Source: a bacterium (lineage in GTDB: Bacteria; UBP7; UBA6624; JBBIMK01). Taken from it: DNA of 32,000 bases. Under the pieces are notes generated by a model. That model did not search any database, had not been told where the DNA came from, and saw only the letters and a program-made list of their open reading frames with translations. Made by a program: the position numbers and the translations under genes. The stretch lies in assembly GCA_037444445.1 (NCBI GenBank), contig JBBIMK010000019.1, forward strand, positions 1-32,000, in the 5' to 3' direction. Numbering within the stretch: position 1 is the stretch's first letter; every line of letters begins with the position of its first letter. Positions 25,396 to 32,000 of the stretch are shown piece by piece.

Positions 25396-28300
25396 TTAGA
25401 TTTCCATCGCGTCGGCGAACACCAGCCGACGAGCCCTGGGCACCGGGGCGGCAGTCAACGGAGTCTCAGACGATGGAGCAGTTCCTTCCCCTGCTTTATC
25501 CGCCCTGAACCACTCATATTCCTTGATGACCAATCGGAAGGGCTGGGAACCCCGAGGGGCGGGCAGGATGACCTGACCCGTCCACACATTTTCTTTCTCT
25601 GGCTTCACGGGTGGAGGGGTGGATAGGATGCCCTCCCGGATGATTTCTCCGGGAGCGGTGGATTCAGGAGTGAATCTCTGGATGACTTTCGGCCGGAGTC
25701 TTACGGGTGGAGGGGATGGGCGGGATGGAGCGCCGAGGGTAAAGGTGGCATCGGGGACGGGAACCCAGCCCACATCTCCTTCCACACCCTCCTGCCTTGT
25801 CTCCACGGTCACCTCTACTTCGGAAGGACCTTTGCCCGCTGTCGTCTCCGTGTATGAAATCCCGGAAACCGTGACGGTGAGAACCTTCGGGTCGCCGGGG
25901 TCATAGGAGAGGGTAACAGTGCGGTGGGGTGCCAGCTGGGCAAAATCGGCAAGGACGACCCGGGAAAGATGGGCGTTCTCAATGGAATTGGGCTGATAAC
26001 GGGCAAGGGCAAGACGAACGAAGGGATAATAAGAATCTCCGGGGTCCAGTTCTATGTCAAAGAACCAGAGCCCTCTATCCGGGTCGTAATGAGGCTCGTA
26101 ACCCGCCACAGAAACCTGGTTGGACTCGGGATGGTCAGTTAATTCTTCCAGCGTTAAGCCGGATTGCTTTCTGGCGGTATTCTTAAAATGTGTCAGGGCT
26201 GGGCTGGCAAAAGAAGGGGTGGGGCTGGATTTCCATATAGGGTCCATCCCCCACTGGGTTACATAGGGCTTGAGGATGTCAGGAATTTCTGGCTCGGGTT
26301 GGGCAGGTCTGATGCCGGGCAGGATACCGCTGATGCCTCCACCCATGCCCACCGCTCGGCGGATGGTGGGTGCAACTCCCGGGAGGATGACGCCCAATAA
26401 CTCGCCGTCGCCGGAGGACCACCAGGGACGCTTCACATACACCCGAAGCCCTCCCCCGGTGCGTCGGCTCTCCCTTCCACCCGCCGTCTCCTTCTTCTCC
26501 CACCCAAAGGTGGGAATCACATACAGCACCCCGGGGGCAGAAGGACGAGCAGAGTTGGGTATATCTACCTCAAACTCCTCGCTCTCCCGGGTAATGTTCT
26601 TCGGGTCAGAAGTGATGGCAGGAGAGAAATACTCACGAAATCGGGTGCTGGCTACTGCCCTGTAATAAACCTTTCGGTATTTCGTATCACCGAATTCATG
26701 GCGAGGAGCCACCACAGGAAGCAGAGCGCTAACGACCAACGCAGGGGATATACCACGAATTGCTCCCGTGCCCAGCCCGTCTTCCCGTGGAGGGCTGTAG
26801 GAAGAGCCTTCTCCTTGCCCGAGGATGAGGGCTTTCTTCTCTTCGCTGTAGCGGACGCTTCCGCCGGCTACGGGAACCGCTTTTTCATCCAGTTGAACAG
26901 GGGCTTCAAACGCACGGGCGTTCCCGTATAGCCGGTCTTTATCCGGAATATTGGTAGGGCTGGCTGGCTCATCCACCGGCTCGCTCCACCGTGCCAGAAG
27001 GTCAATTTTCATCGTGCTCTTCCCATGAACATTCACCACCCCATCCAGGCCAGCGAAAGTATCACCGATATTCCTGCCTGGCTTTAATGCAGTAATTTTG
27101 GGGATGAGCAGAGGCTGTTGAACCGCATGAACCAGAGTCAGTTCACGATACGGGGTAAGGAGCCAGAGTTTCCCGATGGCACCCAGTTTTGTGAAGTCAG
27201 CCATGGCTAAGGCTTTGGGCTGAATCGCTCCCATATCCATCTTCGGCGCCGCATAAGAGGGCTGGCTTTCCAGCCTTGCCTCCACCTTCTCCTTCATCCA
27301 CTGCCACATTCCAAAGGTGTTCAAATCCTTTTCATCAAGATGGGCGCTGAGGCGAACCGTTGCCACTTCCGCTTTCGGCAGGTAGACCGTGAGGAGGCGG
27401 GAGGAGGCATTCCACCGGGGCTTTCCAGAGCCTTCCTCCACACGAATGCGGAATGGCAAAGCATCAGGCCAGTTTTCGGGAGTGTTCTGAAAGTCCACAT
27501 CTATCACCTCTCCCGCAGGGGCGCCGGGAAGGCCTTCAAAAGCAGCTTTCCGCGCCAGCGGGTCAGGCAGGTAAGGCAATACCAACTGCTCCTCGCTCTG
27601 AATGGCATAACGGAGGGGCTTGGACGGGTTTTCAGGGTTGGGAAATTCCACCTCCTGGAATCTGCCCACATCCTTCTGGGCAATCATCTGATAGGTGGCG
27701 GGGTCGCCTTTCATTCCGCCAGTGGTTTTATCATCAAATAACCCGTGAGTTTCAGCCATCAGTTGAGAGGTTTTCGGCGGGGCGATGTGACGCTCCGTGG
27801 CTTCACCCGTGGGAATGGCATCTTTTGCAGGGGAGTCGTTGAAGGTGCGAATCACCAATCGCTCTAACGATTCACCTTCTCTGGGCTTTTCACGCAGGAC
27901 GACGGGAGGAGTCTGGATGGGTTCAAAGCGCTGATAGGATTGGGCGGAAGAAGCCAGGGAAGCGTCCGCTTCCTCCAGGGAGAGGCTGTTACCTGCCAGG
28001 TCCACCGCCCTCGCCCTCAGGCGGTAAGAAACACCGAAGCGGAGGCGGGGAAGAGTGCCAGGCACAACGGGCGAAAAATTGACCTCCAGCCCGAAGGCAG
28101 TGACCGCTTTATTCTGTATCTCCCCAGGCGTGTCATCCGGTTTGATAGTCCTGCCCGGCCTGGGAACGCAGAGGCTCCAGCCATCCCATCGGAAGAGGGA
28201 TTCGTGAACAAACAGGTCAGAGTCGGTAGCGCCAGGCACCCGGGTTGCCGCTGAGGAAACCATCCCTTCATCCACGATTTCCACATCCTCGTTGATGGAA

Positions 28301-29730
28301 CTGAAGTGATACTTTCCCTTTCGCCAGCACAGGGAGTGCCATTGATTGGATTGAGAATCCCAGACATCAATCCGGTAACCCCTGACCAGGTCCTCGGCAT
28401 ATAAAGTGATGTCCTGAGAGGCCGAGAGGGCATCATTTCTCTGTTTTGCGGACTGGAAGGATTGATTGAGGCGGTCAGCGCGCCCATTTCTCACTATAGA
28501 AAGCCCGGCAGAGCGCATAGAGGGTAAGCCCTGCCTTTGAGGCGGAGGTGCCTCAGGGGCTCCCGAAGGCTGGTCCACTACGGGTGGAGCGTCGGCTTTC
28601 TTCAGCATCACCATAGCGGGAGCCTTGAAGGTGAGAACTCGTTGCAGGTTGCGGGCAAAGTCCATAACCTTCATTGCCGCCCCGTCCACATCCACCTGCA
28701 CCAGCTCATACATCTCCGGGTCGTTCAATTTCAGCATGCCATCCTGAATCTCGGGATTCTGTGGCCGTGGCTTCGCCAGAAACTTCCCCCCCTTGATTTC
28801 ATACGCAGTCCAGGGGGAAGAGTTGGTGGTAGAGGGCAATTGCGCCGCCCAGTTGGGGATTACTCTCAGAGTGGAAGAAGGGGGAATGGAAGAAGAATAG
28901 GGAATTTCCAGGTCCACCACCAGCCCCAGCATCCGTAACAACTCCGGATATTCGCCAAGGGACGAGAGTGCCTGGTGAAAATCTATCTCCGGGATTTGTG
29001 GGGGAATGGGCTTCATCAGCAGGGGTTGGTGGAAAAACTGAACCTGCAGGAAGTCCACGGGTGTGTTTCTAACCGGACTGAAGGGGATGGCTTTCCTGCC
29101 CTTGAATTCCTTCTCTAATTCCGAGGGCATAGGGCGCACTGAAGATACGGGCGCATCCACTCCCGGAGGCGCATGCCCCACAGAAGAGCGAAGTTGCGGT
29201 ATAGAATGCAGGACGGTGGGACCCAGCCCAACTGTGGCATCCTTCGGATTTATCAGGGTTTGAATCTCCGGCAACTCCGTAGGTGAAGAGATAGCCACAT
29301 TCTGATAGGTCTCTTTCAGGTATGAGAGGACATGCTTCACAGGGAAAGAATGGATTTTCCGCTCCGAATAATCCTCAAACTTGTGAGGGCGAACAAAGGT
29401 GGATTCATTGAACAGGGCTTTCCAGAGGCTGGAATCCGGGTCCGGACTCGTCCGGGGAGCGGGAATGGGAGCCCCGTTTCCGAATTGAACCGAGAACTGG
29501 ATGGATTTCAGAGTGGCGGGCAAATCCAGAAAATCCGGAAATTGAGACAGAGTCGGCTTCGGCAAGCCAATACTCGTATCCAGGCGAGGGGAAAGAAAGA
29601 CAGAAAGCCGAAGGCGCTGGTCGCCGCCAGAACCGGTGATGCCTGCAGGCAGAGCGGTCCAGAGGAGGAGTTGCTTCCTCTGCCCCGTTAGAGCCACAAC
29701 CGGTGGAAGTTTTGGAATCATCACGCCCAT
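25396..29730 (-). CDS. Very large hypothetical protein (1444 aa), no recognisable domain
   Basis: Uninterrupted 4.3-kb ORF. ATG at 29730 lies 8 nt after GGGGG. Host-like base composition. No signal peptide, TM segment, Walker A/B or metalloprotease motif seen. Pro/Gly/Ser-rich and appears beta-rich. Confidence 0.85.
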   Translation of the reverse strand: MGVMIPKLPPVVALTGQRKQLLLWTALPAGITGSGGDQRLRLSVFLSPRLDTSIGLPKPTLSQFPDFLDLPATLKSIQFSVQFGNGAPIPAPRTSPDPDSSLWKALFNESTFVRPHKFEDYSERKIHSFPVKHVLSYLKETYQNVAISSPTELPEIQTLINPKDATVGLGPTVLHSIPQLRSSVGHAPPGVDAPVSSVRPMPSELEKEFKGRKAIPFSPVRNTPVDFLQVQFFHQPLLMKPIPPQIPEIDFHQALSSLGEYPELLRMLGLVVDLEIPYSSSIPPSSTLRVIPNWAAQLPSTTNSSPWTAYEIKGGKFLAKPRPQNPEIQDGMLKLNDPEMYELVQVDVDGAAMKVMDFARNLQRVLTFKAPAMVMLKKADAPPVVDQPSGAPEAPPPQRQGLPSMRSAGLSIVRNGRADRLNQSFQSAKQRNDALSASQDITLYAEDLVRGYRIDVWDSQSNQWHSLCWRKGKYHFSSINEDVEIVDEGMVSSAATRVPGATDSDLFVHESLFRWDGWSLCVPRPGRTIKPDDTPGEIQNKAVTAFGLEVNFSPVVPGTLPRLRFGVSYRLRARAVDLAGNSLSLEEADASLASSAQSYQRFEPIQTPPVVLREKPREGESLERLVIRTFNDSPAKDAIPTGEATERHIAPPKTSQLMAETHGLFDDKTTGGMKGDPATYQMIAQKDVGRFQEVEFPNPENPSKPLRYAIQSEEQLVLPYLPDPLARKAAFEGLPGAPAGEVIDVDFQNTPENWPDALPFRIRVEEGSGKPRWNASSRLLTVYLPKAEVATVRLSAHLDEKDLNTFGMWQWMKEKVEARLESQPSYAAPKMDMGAIQPKALAMADFTKLGAIGKLWLLTPYRELTLVHAVQQPLLIPKITALKPGRNIGDTFAGLDGVVNVHGKSTMKIDLLARWSEPVDEPASPTNIPDKDRLYGNARAFEAPVQLDEKAVPVAGGSVRYSEEKKALILGQGEGSSYSPPREDGLGTGAIRGISPALVVSALLPVVAPRHEFGDTKYRKVYYRAVASTRFREYFSPAITSDPKNITRESEEFEVDIPNSARPSAPGVLYVIPTFGWEKKETAGGRESRRTGGGLRVYVKRPWWSSGDGELLGVILPGVAPTIRRAVGMGGGISGILPGIRPAQPEPEIPDILKPYVTQWGMDPIWKSSPTPSFASPALTHFKNTARKQSGLTLEELTDHPESNQVSVAGYEPHYDPDRGLWFFDIELDPGDSYYPFVRLALARYQPNSIENAHLSRVVLADFAQLAPHRTVTLSYDPGDPKVLTVTVSGISYTETTAGKGPSEVEVTVETRQEGVEGDVGWVPVPDATFTLGAPSRPSPPPVRLRPKVIQRFTPESTAPGEIIREGILSTPPPVKPEKENVWTGQVILPAPRGSQPFRLVIKEYEWFRADKAGEGTAPSSETPLTAAPVPRARRLVFADAMEI

Positions 29731-29785
29731 AATTTCAACCCCCTATTCTTTAGTTCGCAGTAGCCCTTTTTTCATTATTCGGATG

Positions 29786-29846
29786 TGAGATTGCAGATTT
29801 CATATTTCCCAATCCTCCAATCTCCCAATCTCAAAATCTCAAAATT
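29786..29846. repeat. Intergenic inverted repeat plus five tandem 8-nt units, containing copy B of the 20-nt exact repeat
   Basis: Five consecutive octamers ttcccaat/cctccaat/ctcccaat/ctcaaaat/ctcaaaat span 29806-29845. 'aatctcccaatctcaaaatc' lies at 29819-29838. 'tgagattg-c-agatt' (29786-29799) is complementary to 'aatct-cc-caatctca' (29819-29833), giving an 8+5 bp hairpin with a 19-nt loop. Confidence 0.85.
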
Positions 29847-32000
29847 TTATCCTCCTGCAAGGGCGAAGGCAGAGCAGTAAGAAAGCCAGTGCCTGTCATC
29901 CATCAGGTCGGCGAAGGAAGGTGGAGGTGAGCCGGCAAACTCCCTCCGAACCGTCAAATCCACACTCGTGCTGAAGAAGAGAATTTCAATCTCTACGGTG
30001 AGGGTGGCTTCGCCCCAGACTTTTTCCGGGGGACCTTCGGCGTAGGTGAGAGCCATATAGAATTCTACGGAGATGGTGATGATGCCGAGGACTTCCAGGG
30101 AGCCCCCACATCGCAGGTATCCGGTGAGCAAAGCGGAATCGTTCTCTAACTTGAAGTAGATGCCCGCCATGACATATATCCCACCGCTGGCAACCCCGAT
30201 GTCCAGCGACACGCTTCCGCCGAATTCCAGCGATGCCTCCAGGAGTTCCACGCCATCCAGCCCGAGGACAATCCCGAAGAAGCCTCCACCGCCGAACATG
30301 GAAACGGTGAGCAGGAAGGGATTGTGCCGGTCACAGAAATTGAACCGGAGGCGCGCGGGGTCGCCAGTGAACGGCAGGTTCAATTCCCCGAACAGGCTGA
30401 TATTCTGAAGGCTGAAAACGCCAAAAGCCACCGTCGGTATGCCGAGAGAATAACTCACCTTCACTCCCTTCGCGGTCACATCCAGGCTGGGCGGGTCGCT
30501 GAAACCTTTCGCCGGTATATACTTCTGTAACTCGTTGATGAATTTCAAAGGACCCTCAAATTCTACATCCTCTATGTCCGTATCTACATCTGGCTTCTTC
30601 CCGTCTCTGGCAAGGAACGAGAGTTTGTTGAATTTAACAATAATGAAATCCATCACGGGATGGAAAAGACGAACCTGAAAGTTCTTTAACTCACCCTTCA
30701 CTTCATACTGAATGTCCGTGCTGGCATCCAGTTTCTTCACGAGGGTGGAGGAAACCTTTAAGGTGGCATTCGTGCCGTTGAGTTTGGCAACAAAGATGCC
30801 CGTGGGGTCATCCTGCAACTTCGGCTCCCATTCCAGCGTGGCTTTAATTGCCTTCGGAATTTCCATCTCCTTAATCGTTTCGGTAATCAACCTCGGAACC
30901 CGCTTCAGGTCATTCTGGAAGTTGCTGACTGCCTGGATGATGTCCCAGAGGGTAATTCCGCCAAGAATTTTGGCATCCTTCAGAGCGCCCTGAAAGAACT
31001 CTTTCGGGTCGAAATCGCCAGCAAGAATTTTATTCAGGTCGCCCCCCACGGGTCCTGTCAGGCGTGATAGCCCTGAGATAGCCATATTCGGCGTCACCAG
31101 TCCACCCGCTTTGTCGCCATTGTTGTTCGCCCCGAAATCCAGCTGAAGGGCGTCCACCAGTTGAGCGAACACCTCACCCTTGTTGGAGTTGGAGGAAAAG
31201 CCATCCTTCAGGTAAGTATCGTGGAACTGGATTTTAGCCGTTTCAGCCGAGCCCAGCAACTGCTTTATGGCGGGGATGTCCACCCACGCTTGCTGGACGG
31301 CGGGATAGAACCAGGGCTGGTCAGCCTTCTCCAGAGTTTCACTGATGCCCTGCTGGTTAGCGGGAAGGGTGGAAATGACGGCTCCGAAGGAGATAAAAGA
31401 AGTATTCAGGGTGGTGTCGCCCGCCTTCTTACTTTCGGCGAAAGCCACTTTTTGACCGCTCATAGAGCGTTTTCGTTTTTCGTCATCCACATTCAGAGTG
31501 TTATAAAACTGAACGATTTGGCTCGCCTGGGTTTTATTCTTTGACCGGGAATTCTCCACGAAAATGAGAGGGATTGTAAATTCAGAGACTTGCCCGTCGC
31601 CATCTCTTGCCACCATATGGAAGAGGAAGGGCTTTCCGCCCACGGAAGGCCAGAAGGCAGATTGCCCCAGGTTTGTGGGATGGGGCGGGAACCCACTCAC
31701 GACCTCCACCCCGCTTGCTATGGGGTTATCCAGATTCGGCGTAACGAGTGTGGTGATGCGGACAGTCTGGAAAGGCATCTTCCTGCCATCATCCGGATGC
31801 CCCGGTGCGGGATAGTCTTTCACCGGCTGACGCACCACGACGAACATCCTCTGGCGAAGATAGGCGGCGATGCCCCCTTCTGGTGCAGGCTGAAATTTCC
31901 GCTCCGTAATCTTAACCAGAGAGGCTTTATGCCCGAAGGGAAAGAGGTATCCTTTATAGACCACCCTGACATAATGGTCTCTTCCCATCGTGGCTTGGTG
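29847..32000 (-). CDS. Large hypothetical protein (at least 713 aa, probably 5'-truncated by the window edge) with a Gly-rich amphipathic C-terminal module
   Basis: ORF is open from the TAA at 29847-29849 to the window end. The first Met is at 31988, with no stop in the remaining 12 nt. The product starts abruptly with 'RDHYVRVVYKGYLFPFGHKASLVKITERKF'. No domain recognised. Confidence 0.8.
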   Translation of the reverse strand, partial: HQATMGRDHYVRVVYKGYLFPFGHKASLVKITERKFQPAPEGGIAAYLRQRMFVVVRQPVKDYPAPGHPDDGRKMPFQTVRITTLVTPNLDNPIASGVEVVSGFPPHPTNLGQSAFWPSVGGKPFLFHMVARDGDGQVSEFTIPLIFVENSRSKNKTQASQIVQFYNTLNVDDEKRKRSMSGQKVAFAESKKAGDTTLNTSFISFGAVISTLPANQQGISETLEKADQPWFYPAVQQAWVDIPAIKQLLGSAETAKIQFHDTYLKDGFSSNSNKGEVFAQLVDALQLDFGANNNGDKAGGLVTPNMAISGLSRLTGPVGGDLNKILAGDFDPKEFFQGALKDAKILGGITLWDIIQAVSNFQNDLKRVPRLITETIKEMEIPKAIKATLEWEPKLQDDPTGIFVAKLNGTNATLKVSSTLVKKLDASTDIQYEVKGELKNFQVRLFHPVMDFIIVKFNKLSFLARDGKKPDVDTDIEDVEFEGPLKFINELQKYIPAKGFSDPPSLDVTAKGVKVSYSLGIPTVAFGVFSLQNISLFGELNLPFTGDPARLRFNFCDRHNPFLLTVSMFGGGGFFGIVLGLDGVELLEASLEFGGSVSLDIGVASGGIYVMAGIYFKLENDSALLTGYLRCGGSLEVLGIITISVEFYMALTYAEGPPEKVWGEATLTVEIEILFFSTSVDLTVRREFAGSPPPSFADLMDDRHWLSYCSAFALAGG

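Noticed and set aside
27013-27042. Near-Walker-A string 'GVVNVHGKST' in the 1444-aa protein
   Set aside because: The spacing is G-x5-GKST rather than G-x4-GK[ST]. There is no Walker B or any other P-loop context, and the surroundings look like beta strands. It is probably coincidental.
1-32000. Search by eye for tRNA/rRNA/tmRNA/RNase P/SRP consensus strings, CRISPR-type spaced repeats, IS/transposase or integrase ORFs and long terminal inverted repeats
   Set aside because: None found. The only repeats seen are the short arrays reported at 24.3 kb and 29.8 kb. A covariance-model scan (tRNAscan-SE, Infernal) would be needed to exclude small RNAs.

Overview
Bacterial chromosomal window, by eye about 50-60% G+C, with GGAGG-type ribosome-binding sites and nearly all genes on the minus strand. 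Most of it is an ordinary housekeeping array. Read along the minus strand it runs rpsB-tsf-pyrH-frr-uppS-cdsA-rseP-ispG, then GT2-mgtC-rimP-nusA. Further on are hpf, mltG, a YqeG-type HAD phosphatase, a REC-GAF-HD-GYP regulator, folD, an LptD/OstA-like outer-membrane protein, a secreted DUF1028-TPR protein and an HDAC-family deacetylase. The plus-strand exceptions are a Big_2/NHL-propeller lipoprotein with a putative OM beta-barrel partner, and a small retropepsin-like aspartic protease. Two regions are not ordinary. (1) At 15278-16751 an AT-rich two-gene cassette (ABC/AAA_21-type ATPase plus a 160-aa Toprim/DUF4435-like protein) sits between ispG and a glycosyltransferase gene. It looks like a minimal OLD/PARIS-type anti-phage module. 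(2) At the right end (25396 to the window edge) an operon encodes two very large proteins (1444 aa and at least 713 aa) in which I recognise no domain, catalytic motif, ATPase motif or secretion signal. It is followed by an N-terminally truncated Crp/Fnr-like protein and bracketed by a shared 20-nt exact repeat embedded in 8-nt periodic arrays. The operon probably continues beyond position 32000. I saw no rRNA, tRNA, CRISPR array, transposase or integrase. All functional calls rest on motif recognition in the supplied translations; no database search was possible.
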